A stretch of 64,000 nt of DNA from Phoronis australis (taxonomy: Eukaryota > Animalia > Phoronida), in contig NMRA01000566.1 of NCBI GenBank assembly GCA_002633005.1, forward strand, positions 161,654-225,653, written 5' to 3'. The position numbers and the translations under genes are program-made. The notes under the pieces are model-generated. The model made no database searches and was not told where the DNA came from. It worked only from the letters and a program-made list of their open reading frames with translations. Positions 32,301-43,800 of this stretch are shown here, piece by piece (position 1 is the stretch's first letter; the number at the start of each line of letters is the position of its first letter).

Positions 32301-35300
32301 TCGCTCTAATGTCTGCCGTTTTACTTGGAAAGGCTAGTAAGCTCCCGAGCAACTCGCGGACACTCGCGATTAATTCGCGTGACTCGAGTTTTGTGAGTTC
32401 ATGCTTTTCTCTATAGAAACTGGCAATTTTCCAGTTACTTATGTTCCCATGCACTTTGACATAGAGAAGTAGTCAGATCAGTTATCAAGATAGTGGAATA
32501 CACGAGGCAGCATAAACGACGTCACACATTCCGAGTATATAAACTTTGCAGTGTGCACGGTCTTACCTGCTTTACTTATGAAGCGGTACCATCCATCCCG
32601 AAGTCGTCGATCGCATAGAAGCGGATCTTCCTTTTGCGGAACATAACCGGTGCTACGGAACGGCTCGTCAATTTCTGCGTACGATTTGCATGGATCCAAC
32701 TGAGCCAAGGATCCTTAGGGATAAAACCAAAGTGGAATTAATCGAGATTCCTAGCAAATTCGGAGAATTCATTGATTAGTTTAGTCATATTTTAATTTTA
32801 GATGTTGCTCGTCCCAGTCCCGTGGGCAGGTTAACAATAATTGTATAGGTATGGCACAACTTAATTTGACAACGGTAAACATTTGACCCCAACCCCCCTT
32901 TTGGTTTCAAATTTCAGATTTTTCCTTATCAACACTTCCTGCTCCCCCTCGGCCAGGAGCGATTTTGCACGTTGCCTGTCAAGGATACGGACTTTGCTGT
33001 TTGGGGCAAATCCCCGGGAGGTAACCATCGGGACCTGGGGTACCCATATTTGACCAACCTTGCAAAAAATCTGACTTTTTGACCTGAGCACGTAGCGTGC
33101 GGTACGCATGTACATGTTTGGCCTTTGGGGTGTCTAACATATGTACTGTTACAACCATCCTTCTGAAGCTCTGACCACTCAGGCACACTGTGTCTTGATG
33201 TGTCATGCTTTGAAGATATGCTTTTAAATTTCTGGTACATAAATATAGGACTGTTTCAACCCCCCAAAAAATTTTCAGAACTTATTCGTGTTATCTTCAA
33301 TTCTGACTCATTCTAGTGGTGACTGGACCTGTTTCCATTTATGAGTCACACTTGCATTTCAAAAATCTCAGAAGACTTTATTCACGAATGTCTGCACAAG
33401 AACTTAAAGCACCTTTTAAAAACCGTTAGACATAATCCATGTATAATGCGCTCGGCATAACAAACCCATACTCCGAATCTGACTACATGTGTGAGTCTTT
33501 AACCAACAACCCCCTATTCATCAAAATTATTTCCTAAAAGCATGTAACGATCAGATAGACAAAAAAGGAAATGTGTGGTCATGGAAGCCATCAGCTGGTC
33601 ACCTCCAAGGGATGGAGATATTTTAAGGATGTTTAAAAATATGAAATGATACATAATTTCAAAAGACGGAAATTAAAAGCAATTGATGCCTGAATCATAA
33701 TTCCTCTCCATCATGTTCTTAAAACATATCAAGTGGTACATGTACATACATACAATTTCAATCAATAACGGGACATACACTCGTCAGATGACTTCATGAT
33801 CCCTTGGAGGGTTTTCTGAGGAATTGCAGTTTATTTTTGAATCTAAATAACGTGAATCATTTTGCTCTAGAAAATCTATGCATAGTACGTTTCTTGGACT
33901 TTTTGAAGAACCTTTTATGCATAACTAAATGGACCCCAAACCCGCATTTGGCCTATTAATAAATACTTAAACCGACTTTCCCATCCAGTTCTCTGATACA
34001 AAATAATGCTCCGCAACCCTGGGCAACCCTAAAAAGTTTGGAGGAAAATTTGGAAACTTCTTTCAAAATCTGCTAAACAGACAAGCGTTACCCAAGCTTT
34101 TAGCGAATTGAACGGCAACTGTGGGAAAAGATCACTCACCGACGACCATATTGTCTGATATAGAGAGTATGGATTTTTTTGATTCCTGCCTTTAACTTGG
34201 AAGATTGACTTGAGTGACGTTTTAGCAGGTGATAGAGTGAGGACTGGTGGAAATCTTCAAAACAGGGCTTATTATCCTTTTAAGAGCGAAATTGTAATTG
34301 TCAGGGATCCCAAAGCGTGAATCCAGCACTCTTAAATATTCTCTCTCTGCTATATTCGCAGTCTTGCTTTCCCTGATGCACCCTACTGCCGGCTCCATGC
34401 CTATGTCGGTCGTTAAGTTTTCATCCTGACGCCTGGAAAGTGTTGGGAGGAAGCTCGGAAATCTCGGGTTTCTAGGTGATTTCTTGGGATTAATTAAAGA
34501 CTAAAATATGTAGACATTACTTTTGAACGAATTACGTCTATGACGAAATGTTAATGATTTTAACACTAGGTCGTGGATTAAGTTGTTTTTAACTGTTTGA
34601 AGTACATAGCGGATCACTACGGAGAAGGATTTTGCTGAGTTTTTCTCTTCAGCACCTGAAATGCATAAATTATCGGTCTCAGTTAATCAGTGGCCATATT
34701 ACTTTTAATTTGTAAATACCAAAGTTATATCAGTTCTAGCCTATACTGTGAGAGGTTAAAATTTATCCATATTAGGTCCATTATCTTGCTGTTTACATAC
34801 ACATGTATAACGTAACTATAGTCTGACCCAGTCCTTTGAAATTGGTAGGAGCAAATTTCTAACAGTTTCGATTAGAATGACGGAAGATAACAAGCAATAC
34901 CACTTGGAATACCCCACGCGACAAAGTTATGTAATTTTATATTTATCGATAAACAGTGCTAATTTCAGGCACACTTCGATAATATCGTAGGTAGCATTTC
35001 AAATAGCGGCATCTTTTGCCTGCAGGGAAATACAAATTTAGTAGCGTTAAAGGAGCATGCCACCTAAAAAACAACCTAAATTGTATCAATTTAGATCGAG
35101 TAGTTCTACTCCATAACGACACTTACGGTTGCGTTACCTGACACCTGACGACAGACGGAGATTTTGAAATTATCCAATGACGTAATTGATTTCACACGCA
35201 GTCTGTTCAGCAGTTCACAAGACGGATTACTGGTGTCAGCTTATCGCTTGAATCCATCGTTTAAGATTAATAAATCATCAAACTTCGATGTAAAACCCTT

Positions 35301-38088
35301 AAAATGCACCGAGCTCTTATAAAAACGTGTTGTTTTATTTCGCTGATACGGATTTATCGGTATTTAAACACAACAGTTTTTGCCAGCAAACACTTAAATT
35401 AGTATGATTTCACACGGCCTCGGTGTCCCGTCAATTAGTTTTATTGCACCTAAGGGCGGTAAGGCAGTGATTTATTCACTGCTGGCTTCTCAAATCCTTT
35501 GCAGTCGCGAACACTCCCAAGGCATTACAAATTGCATCTAATGAGGCAGACTTAGTTTAAGTTTTATATAAGCATTGGGTAGGGTGAGAATAATTCGTTT
35601 TGAAACAGAACGCTCAGTAACAAACATCAACATGGCAACGGCAATCCCGTGTGACTTAGACGGGAACTCATCAGTCGAACCAGACGAAGACTTCGCAGGT
35701 GGAACGCTAAGTTTCACAGGCTATCGATTCGAACAGGGATACAGTGATGAAGAGGCGCCGTGAACAAGCTCAGACAACGGAACGTATGGATAGTTATTTG
35801 GTAAGCCGGCATTCGTCAGGCACTGTCGGCAACTGCTGGCCACAGACACGGAAATGTTGCACGGCCTGATACGTGCTATTTACAGCGTTCTATTCATTCT
35901 TCACTACCACGAGCCAATTTCTAAGCATTTCGGACTCTCGAGGAAGTCGAAAAAAACGATATACCCGCTTTCCTCGTGACTGCATAGTTCGGACAAGCGG
36001 GAACAATGCACCAATATAGCGAGCGTCATTCACTCTGCAGATGAACCACTGACGTCGCTAGCGTCGTTTCTCACCTTCCTCACAGGTTAACGCAACACCT
36101 CTTGGCAAGGTAAGGTCAACCGTATTTGAAGCGATGGGGATATAGACCGATTAAGACGGCAAAAAAGACTAATTAAATCCTGTGGCATTCTCCTTTAAAG
36201 CCATATGGCGTCATATCATCCGTAGATAAAAAATGCATATGATTGGCCTCAATTTATGGTTTTGAACCGAAAAAAATATACCTCCACTTGAGCAAACTTG
36301 TTGTCCCGGTTCCCACTTATCTTTGTGCTTCCTGTCAAAGAGCTACCATGGACATGAGGTTATCAAGTAATCTTCGACTTTAAGATCAAGAAATCCAAAA
36401 CAGATCATAACTAATCAAGCTTAAGATTTCAAAGTGCAGCGTTTGTCAGCTGAGAAATTTCATACATTGAGTATGACGTCACTAACAGGTATTTATACTG
36501 AGCAACTCTACATTAGAAGATAACAAGTTAGTGTGTACAGATTTCCTATTCATGCTAAAACCATTGAGAGATTTCTTGACCAGCATGTTCATTACGCCAA
36601 AACAAAAGCTGAAAACAGAGTTATTGTCCATCTGAAATCAACGGTGTATGGATATTTTATATTTTCATATTTTTTAAGTTTAAAAATATTACTTTTGCCA
36701 ATAGTTTGTAAACTGCGTTCCCTTACTAGGTCAGCAGCCATGTCTGAGCTCCGTTCCGTGTAACTTTTGACATCGAAGCCGAAACGTTAAAATCTGAGCT
36801 ATTCAAATCCGGGAAAAACTTCTACTTACGTCGACGTAATATGATTCAAATCTCCAAAGCATCAAGTGACATTGCGTAACGAAATCAATAGAAATTTCAA
36901 TTTTTAGGTTCATTAGAGATGGCACCTCAGCAACCCATGGAAATTTCGCTTTTTACCACAAGTACCTCTGCTTAGACGGACCCAACGAAAATAATTAATT
37001 TCGTGACCAAACTTTACTTTGCAGGTATGTACATGTAGTAGGCTAAGACAAAAATGCAAAACATCGAAATTTAAAAAATCACCCATTTATTAAAACTGAC
37101 TGTCGCCAAACTTCCACTACTTGCACTGACTTCCATGTCTAATCTCATTGAAGTACGTGGGGTTACATGTACATTGGTCAAGTACATGTAATCTATCGCT
37201 TACGATGCTTTCAGCTATAGACGAAACATTTTTGTATAATGCGTTTAAACATTACATATTTTGATACAAAGTTATTGTTGTTTGTTTTCAGCAGGTAGAC
37301 GATCTAAGTGTATCTGATAATCTGAAATAAAAGTCAATTCATTCTGTTTTTTTATCCCATCCAGATTATCGCGTCTTTAAAAGGACACTGAATAGCAAAC
37401 ATCCTGTGGTTTAGCATTTTACTAGATGTCTACTATGCCATTTAATTATTTGAAAGAAATAATCCACTGTATCTCCTGTCAACTATCAGAAGTTTGGAGC
37501 AATTGTGACTACTTCTTACAAAATCTCTCCAATCGAAAACCGTGACTAACTCTTTGGCCGAGTTAATCGACGTGCAGGCCTCATACCTGTAACCACAGTA
37601 GCTTGCTGTGGTAAAATGCGGAAGGGTTCATTTGAATAATTGTGATTTCATCCATCATGCAAGTATTGATTGGACAATAATAGGTCTCTAAATAAATTTT
37701 GGGAAACAGAGTTTAGAATTCATTTAATTAAACATGCCGTTTTCTCGTTCCGTGAAACTGGAATAGTGTCAGTTTCTGTCGTAAAATTTGCACAACTAAT
37801 TACAACAAATGTACAAGTATTTGCCAAGAACGATTACTCTCTCAAGCAATCAAAGTAAACCAAGCAAAACTTGTTTTCTTTTCAGGAACTCACTCCAAGA
37901 AAAAATAAAATTATCGCAAAGAACACACTGTAATTGGTTTCCTTTATGTTAGTAGGTTGTATTTTTAATGCTTTTGCAAGTAATGTTTACATTTTGCATT
38001 TATTTACCAGTAGACTGAAACAAGTAATTTAAAACTTACCCTTGGCAATCCCAAAGATGAGAATAGAAACAACAACTTTCCAAGCCAT
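14130..38088 (-). CDS. VWDE: von Willebrand factor D and EGF domain-containing (VWDE-like) secreted protein with N-terminal UMOD/GP2/OIT3 D8C domain; 24 exons, 1140 aa
   Basis: 24 exons with phase-consistent GT-AG junctions sum to 3423 nt with no internal stop. Signal peptide MAWKVVVSILIFGIAKGSLA; D8C (DPC..RS..CDRRLRDGWYRF..GGAMPTSCV..CGTHAPIW..YVYRL..C..AYCAG); VWD (CQGTGDPHF..GICGTFDNN); FPTPSGRTE motif; EGF CPNDCSLKGTCSKGKCTCNKDFAGVDC; ISVSNDG; TCLIDGRCY; Thr-rich stalk; two Cys modules. The symbol denotes family resemblance, not proven orthology. Confidence 0.92.
14878..15014 (-). CDS. VWDE-like exon 23 (Cys module 1)
   Basis: NKTGCVCYFDSSRTDCACCDQGGCQCPFENKQQCVKCGETHKCGS. Confidence 0.87.
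15588..15723 (-). CDS. VWDE-like exon 22 (Thr-rich stalk)
   Basis: VPTTTASTTTTTSPAPTTTTRAPSTLPPWWAPKGGKIQHRWDIWT. Confidence 0.85.
16281..16389 (-). CDS. VWDE-like exon 21
   Basis: NNTCLIDGRCYKNGD...CDPNKSIKEWTH. Confidence 0.9.
16955..18251 (+). mobile_element. PIF/Harbinger DNA transposon in VWDE-like intron 20, interrupted by an assembly gap
   Basis: 45-bp TIRs GGCCCTGTCACACCTTGACGATTTAGCCAGCGTA.. with 2 mismatches; TAA on both flanks (16952-16954 and 18252-18254); CGTA/TACG-rich subterminal repeats; internal transposase ORF. Confidence 0.92.
17549..17946 (+). CDS. Harbinger (HARBI1-like) transposase, N-terminal part, truncated by the N gap
   Basis: WVRPW..LMVELR..FTNFLRM..FDELL..I.KQ.T.FR.PL...KL..TLRHLASG is the typical Harbinger transposase N-terminus. 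Confidence 0.85.
18459..18516. mobile_element. 58-bp MITE (CATGGGCGG family)
   Basis: CATGGGCGGTGCACCA / TGGTGCACCGCCCAT inverted ends; flanks TAGAG / TAGAA. Confidence 0.6.
18561..18685 (-). CDS. VWDE-like exon 20
   Basis: GKPASGVMISVSNDGNIWSEESMFTAYDGLCQDCSRGECKQK. Confidence 0.9.
19147..19267 (-). CDS. VWDE-like exon 19
   Basis: VVDGRPF...AEFESFREVACSLPVPRAGR. Confidence 0.85.
19773..19878 (-). CDS. VWDE-like exon 18
   Basis: GGYCDIRKRPCQTAFLSADNLMDSTKLTCRIRNVE. Confidence 0.88.
20298..20460 (-). CDS. VWDE-like exon 17 (EGF)
   Basis: LCPNDCSLKGTCSKGKCTCNKDFAGVDCSITLNTPP. Confidence 0.92.
20978..21083 (-). CDS. VWDE-like exon 16
   Basis: ISDDTDFARASLSKLEDACQEMILKDPANYVKGDN; the weak donor G|GTGCTG is required by the phase of the next exon. 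Confidence 0.8.
21914..22080 (-). CDS. VWDE-like exon 15
   Basis: PNFPTPSGRTEIQARAFC...IISDCVEDLK. Confidence 0.9.
22436..22562 (-). CDS. VWDE-like exon 14 (furin site)
   Basis: SVNKWKDVTDKVNKKTRLRRDTTYHDLDTDEDDQYVFNYGSK. Confidence 0.85.
22834..22978 (-). CDS. VWDE-like exon 13
   Basis: IPYGTSLFDSVP...FCKCQ...VDC. Confidence 0.88.
23605..23816 (-). CDS. VWDE-like exon 12 (VWD end)
   Basis: FFFPSGGWV...TEGICGTFDNNAANDY...FFESW. Confidence 0.92.
24353..24550 (-). CDS. VWDE-like exon 11
   Basis: LQIRTWTCWKVSCICAIAIREGNDVITLDMC...GKWFQ. Confidence 0.9.
24697..24760 (-). CDS. VWDE-like exon 10
   Basis: AYHLYNVGEYVMHKSKKRPFE. Confidence 0.88.
25815..25891 (-). CDS. VWDE-like exon 9 (VWD start, GDPH)
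   Basis: LITKDEGTQRCQGTGDPHFVGFDRK; |GTAAGT. Confidence 0.9.
26194..26399 (-). CDS. VWDE-like exon 8
   Basis: ADLVASESC...VLATRDFRNDGD...IWDEYKPSSVK. Confidence 0.88.
26610..26754 (-). CDS. VWDE-like exon 7
   Basis: VDPLVLEVGEKEETKEVTITSTIPIVC...; AAG acceptor. Confidence 0.85.
27490..27576 (-). CDS. VWDE-like exon 6
   Basis: VSCRVRSTYEKSGRFSPWKESNGYWVGIQ. Confidence 0.88.
28865..29115 (-). CDS. VWDE-like exon 5
   Basis: AAFPRMKGPPTMSGP...FNCHL...YEVTWLFD...RNMGKS. Confidence 0.88.
29325..29387. repeat. 30-bp perfect tandem duplication
   Basis: TCCTCAGACTTCTATTATACCTTAAAAGTT x2. Confidence 0.9.
30718..30777 (-). CDS. VWDE-like exon 4
   Basis: GTETPCPLDQFSATGFSPCK; phase 1-1. Confidence 0.85.
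31582..31851 (-). CDS. VWDE-like exon 3 (D8C core)
   Basis: GGAMPTSCVQQFKCGTHAPIWM...FYVYRLKRAPGCSVAYCA. Confidence 0.93.
32567..32713 (-). CDS. VWDE-like exon 2 (D8C start)
   Basis: GSLAQLDPCKSYAEIDEPFRSTGY..CDRRLRDGWYRFISKA; |GTAAGA. Confidence 0.9.
35051..36194 (+). mobile_element. Non-autonomous Kolobok-type DNA transposon in VWDE-like intron 1
   Basis: TIR AGGAG(C/A)ATGCCAC at both ends; TTAA duplicated at 35047-35050 and 36195-36198; RR termini with a TTAA target are typical of Kolobok. Confidence 0.75.
38040..38088 (-). CDS. VWDE-like exon 1 (signal peptide)
   Basis: MAWKVVVSILIFGIAK; G|GTAAGT; the next exon completes the signal peptide as GSLA-Q. Confidence 0.8.
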
Positions 38089-40309
38089 AACTACCTTTTA
38101 CAGGAAAATATGACTGGAAAGATTTTGTCAAACTATGACAGAATCTGGTATTTATTAGTAAATCTACAAACCGATGGAACATTCTTAGGGTACTCTATAG
38201 AGTTTTGTCCGGTTATTGGACGTTTAGTATGCACGCATAGCTTAAGTTACAAACTAATAATATTAGGCCTACAGTCACTTTTCGTTTGCTCTCCCTTTAT
38301 TATTTACAGAACAGTTTCATACTGAGTAGTAAAGATCACATTTATTATATTATTGGTATCACATTTTCTGACATCTCTGATAACGATTTAGGTAACGTAG
38401 ATTAAAGCTATAAGAATAAACACTCGAGTGCTTTATTCTTGGGTTAAAAACGAACCCATTTCATTAGTAATACAGGATTTGTGTTCTAACTTTCGAACTA
38501 ATTAAAAATAGAACTTTCATATTTACTATTTGTATAGAGCAGTATACAGCCGAGGAAAACTAGACGTGTTTCGGAGTTGTGTAGGATCTTATTGACCGGT
38601 CTATGTATTTAACAAAATACTTTAAAAAAATACATTTTAACACAAAAAGGCATATATTTTTTGACCGATTTGCCATTAATTAAATCGCGTGACCTGTCTT
38701 TCTAGTAAATTTAGAAAAAAAGAACATTAACAATAAATAATATAAATAGCATGCTTTCTAACACTTTCTGGTTTTAACTCATATTATTCTACATTAAGTT
38801 TTTCGTATTTAACTTTAAAACATTTATATCGTTTCGAGTTGAGCATGCCTACATTTTAGCGCGTGCGCACTCGAACGGTGGAGAACTAGACACTATACGT
38901 TCTTTGGAGACGAGAAATCAAAATAATGATATTCAAGATGGTGGACGCCTCAAGTATTTTATTTGATGTAGGTGAAATCTAAACAAGTTGTTACAGTTTT
39001 TAAAATGTCATTGCGGAGTTTTTCATGAAAATTGTAACGGGAACTTAGTGAGTTCTCTAGACAGTGTTAATAAGATGCATGTATGAATATGTGTTAAAGT
39101 GTGATGAAGAGGCAATGCACGAGCGTTCCATGGATGAGACAACTTTATATTTAGACCCCTCAACGCTACCGAAGTGGTCTCAAAATGACACGTGACTTCT
39201 GGTCATACAAAAACAGTTCGCTATTCTTTAATAATTTTGTCGTTGAATTAAGTAACACGCTATGACAAATCCATTTCTACATCACGCACCAAGCAAAAAC
39301 GAAGCAGTCGTTTTTTTCCAAACCCGAAAATCTCACTTATTTGACCAAATTCACAACGGTAAGTAGTTTAAATATGTTTCATGTGGCGGAAAGTTGCTTT
39401 TCAGCCGTTTCATCGTGCCCCGCATATCGCATCTGTTTTCAAATAAGTGCGTTATACAAGTAAAAATTGAAACATTTTAAGAGCCATTAAAATACCATAA
39501 ACTTTCAAATAGAATAAGAAAAGGGTGCAGTTAAACCATTCCTCAGAAGCTGAAACAGACATCTTTCTGAAATACAGAGAACTTATCTTCTTTTAAAAAT
39601 TCTTGTGTAACTGTTCAGTTGTGTTATGCACTAGTAGCACGAGTGATCGCCAAGCACCTGGGCCAAAGGTTCATGGATCATGTCAGTATCGATAATATGA
39701 CCGAGATTTAGTTATCATGAGATTACAGATGTGTGAGACCTGTAGCCGCCATTCTCAGGTCGCTGTTGGAATATTTCTTGCTGCTCAAGTTTAGTTTTGA
39801 ATCTCTTAATAATTTCTGTGCACCACGCTTTCTTCACAAATGATTGATTTTAACAATATTTCCATCTGAAAGAGCGAATCATTTTTGGAGTTACCTGTAT
39901 GGTTTAAGTTGCCATACATGTACATGTGAATGTAAATTCACATTTATAAAAATACTTTTGGTTTAAACCAGTTGTCGTCATTACACTAGTCTCAATTTTC
40001 CTGATAAAAGGTGAATTCTGAACTTAGGAAAGATTGAAAATTCGCCATTGCATGAAACCATCTTAAGCGTATACGTACATAATGTTGGCACGCTTTGTGT
40101 CAAGCTACCATACAGAGCCTGGTCTCAACCAATTTGAGAATGTCAGTTCTTCCTAATCCCAGAAATTCCTTCCAAATATAATAAGAAACTAATTAAGACA
40201 CAGTTATGCGTAAGCAGTGCAAATAAAAAAATATTTTAAGGAAGGCAGGTATGTTACACCTTTAAGTTTTAAACCGAAAGGAATGATCTTAGTGTTCAAA
40301 CACTCAGAT

Positions 40310-40405
40310 GCCGGAGAGTAGGCAGTGTCTCCAATGACCTCATACGCCCGGAGAGTAGCCAGCGTCTTCACTGAGCTCATACGCCGGAGAGTAGCCAGCG
40401 TCTTA
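40310..40405. repeat. ~36-bp minisatellite, ~2.7 copies
   Basis: GCCGGAGAGTAG(G/C)CAG(T/C)GTCT...CTCATAC repeated. Confidence 0.8.
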
Positions 40406-40873
40406 ACTCAGCCGGTCGCTTACAGTACGCGGGAAATATTTAGAGTTTTTGAGTAGTTAAAGTTCCAAAATTTCGCTGTACATGTTTCATTGGCTCTTGG
40501 AGGGTGAGTGCTAAACTTCGAATTCATCCGTCCCTGGGTTACCTGCGTCAATATTTAACTTAAAGTGTTACAAGAAAACCGCTTGCATGCTATACTGCTA
40601 AAACCCCATTTAGTGTTTTACCAATGTACAGTGTTTAAGGTGGAATAAAAATGGATTAGCACAGAAGTACAACGATATTATTTTGTGCTTTCCGCTTACA
40701 AATTATCAATTCATATCTGTGAGGAACTCCTTGAGCAGACTCAACAAAATGAAACGCAACCCGAGACCAAACAGGGACTGGATATAATTTAAACTCATTA
40801 TTTGTATAACAAAGTTTGGTACTAGTTATGATAAATTTATATTTTTAAAAAAGCGAAATTCAAAGTGTTTTAA

Positions 40874-43800
40874 GAGTGACTCCATATAAAAACCAACAGG
40901 TAGAGTCTATACCCAAAATCACCGATTTTTTTGAAACTTAGCACATGAGTTTGCTTCGCTGAGATGTAGAAAAACCTCACTTTTTAAGAATTTTCAATCA
41001 TCATTTTTCTTTTTATGACCTGTACCTCCATTTTGCAACAAAATTGGGCGTCGAAGTAGGCATGTTTGAATGCATTTTACTAGCATGTGTGGTAAGGTCA
41101 AAACAAATTATTAATACGAATTGAAAGGACAGAGGCTGAATAATTTAATGGCATAACTTTCAAAATCCATTTTTAAATTTGTACGTTTTGAATTTGTGAG
41201 GCAAAAACGGCTATTTTTCAGTTTTTCACTGAAGCCATTTTCGGCCAAATTTGGCACTCTGTAGCAGCCATAACACACCTTTCCTGAAATTGAATTTATA
41301 ATAATTTGTTTAGTCATTCCTAACCTGTTCATAATCTAAAATAAAAAATCTTGCCTCTAATGTAGTTTTTGCGTACGAAGCATTACACTAACTGCACTTC
41401 GTCCTTTTGCACGTTCTCAGTTGCCTCTGCTGCCAATAGGGGGCTGTTGGAACATACAATTAGCTTGCGAAACACGACATAAAAACCTTGTATTTTGGAG
41501 AAAAGGCAGTCAGCATTATTAATTACCATTCTCTGAAAATGGCATTGATGATTATTGCTTATTACAAAAAATATGTAACGTAAATCAACTGGCATGATGA
41601 TAGATGGCGCTGCTTTTGTTTACGTAGAGCCTGAAGAATCATCTAGAATAAGCCAGAGCAGTAACACGAGGACCTTGCTATAATTCAAGACTTCGCGAAA
41701 TATTGCCCTGCATTTTAAATAAGAACACGTGGTTTTGGATAAATTTTAGAGAGGTTCTAGTGTTACTGAACTCACCCCTGCCTTGTTGTCTATCTGCCTT
41801 GTTCGTGCCACAGGCAAAGGAAGGCGCCCAAGGTGGATATGCCTCCCTAGTGTTCAGTGCAAAAAATACTTCAACTTGTCGATAGTCATTGTAACTTTGG
41901 GTTCATATTGCAATGTCCCTGCCGGTTGCTACAAATTTTAGTCGCCACCAGTCGCCAGAAATCTGGTGTTCCCCCTACACACCGGGCACCTTAACGCTGA
42001 ATATTTCTGCCAGTGTGATCATCAGTGGTATAAAAAGGTACACATTCACAGTCAATAGAAAATAATTCACGAGAGACAATTTTATTAATGACTCATTCAT
42101 GACAGACATGAAGTAAACAGAAGTAACGGTCTCGACTTCATATATCACACATCTTTGACTGGTATGCTACAAAACTAGGCTAAACGTTGAGCTCATTTAC
42201 CACTTCATTCAGTAAATCTGACGATATAACAGCATCTTCAGCAGAAATTGCTTCGTCATAAACATTGCTGCAAAAAACCTCCAAAAATCCACCAATCTGC
42301 GATTCACTTAATATCACAGGTAAACACTTTACCAATAGGTTCTCATAATGTTTTCTCCATTTTGGCACTTCCGAGGGTGAACGTTTTTACCTGATTTATC
42401 TCCTTCATCGAATATGTTCGTCAGAAAGTTCTTAACCTTTGCTGAAAATTTTGTTGCCTTTTTTACCTTTTTTAATGCCTAACCTATTGCTTCAGCATTC
42501 GTCTCATCCAAATAGTACTCTGAGCAGGCTGTCTCAAGTGACGCTCCGGTTCTTGCATCTGAAAGCATTTCTGACCACTGTCGTGCGACGTGGTCATACG
42601 TGTAGCAAAAAATTTCGAGTAACCTTGCTGGGTACTAGGGAACTTTTGTTGAAGCTCTTCACTAGATCTGATACAATGCCAACCTTGACTCTTGGTGTTG
42701 AAAATCCGCCATGTCTCAGAGAGATGTTAGTGTATTTTAGAGAAATAGGTTTCCCCTTTTCTCAGTATTTGTAAGAACTTACCGTCACCCACATGGAATG
42801 ATTTCCACACGCGAATTCCTTGGGTGGAATAGTGGGAATTTGGTAATGTGCGTATACCAGGAACTGAGTATTTTGGAAAAGACTTTGTTGCATTGACTGA
42901 ACATGCATACACATAACATCCCTTTACACGGCCACTGGAAAGTATTGCTTCTTTCAAATCCAGAAAGTTTATGATATTGTTACCTTCGGTTACAAAGTAC
43001 TTTGCATGTTGTTTGAGTGGAGCGATCTTGCGATCACAGAGATCCTTTCCATTCTGACTTTCACTAAAGTCATATCTCGAAACAGAAATGCCGCTAGAAT
43101 TTGACAAGGCTGCTACGTTCAGGAGGAGAGGAGCAGAGTGGTAACATCCAGCATTACCTGACTCTTCCATGACTGGTCCTGTTCAGTCAGAAGTTCACCG
43201 ACTCTGGGTAGTGCGAGTCCATACTCAGGCACAGGCCTTGCTTTTGAGGTAGTTTCCTGTATCTCAAATGTTCAGTGGTGTCATTGACATAACTCACTAA
43301 AGCTTAAAGCTTTTGTGATCGGATTTTTTGCAGAATAAACTCTAAAGGAACATGAAGGCCCATCGACATTGTCCGCCATTTTGTCTTTTTAAAATGCACT
43401 TGCTTCTTTCAAAACCAGTCATTACAAATATTAATTCTTACTCGTTTAATCTTAAAGGCATTTCTACAGAGTTTTCAAATTAACATGATAATGTAAAAGA
43501 AATGAAAGAATACAAGAGGGTTACACATACATTATTTAAATATCCACAAGCTTAACCTCAACTGACTCCCTCAGTGGGCAAAGGTCATCGGGTTCATGTT
43601 TGATACTAGCCGCGTAATAAACCCGGAAAACATCTTCTTTTCATCTGAAAGAGTTTAGACTTGGTTTCTATAACTATTTAAAGCAGACTTGTTGCCTAAA
43701 AGTTTGTTCAAATGGTCTGTACACTCTGCTCGTGATTTCCAAACTATGAAAATAGACAGTTTTGCAAGACAATTTTCACTAAGGTGCAAAGTTGAGGCAA

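Noticed and set aside
34140-34655. Exon-like segments with splice-like sites in VWDE-like intron 1
   Set aside because: Exon 1 joined directly to 32713 completes the signal peptide. These segments show no homology and would interrupt it.
40235-40265. Kolobok-like end ...GTTACACCT-TTAA
   Set aside because: No matching left TIR found, so boundaries cannot be supported.
40310-40405. Three spaced direct repeats resembling a mini CRISPR array
   Set aside because: The 'spacers' are similar to each other, there are no cas genes and the context is eukaryotic; it is a minisatellite.
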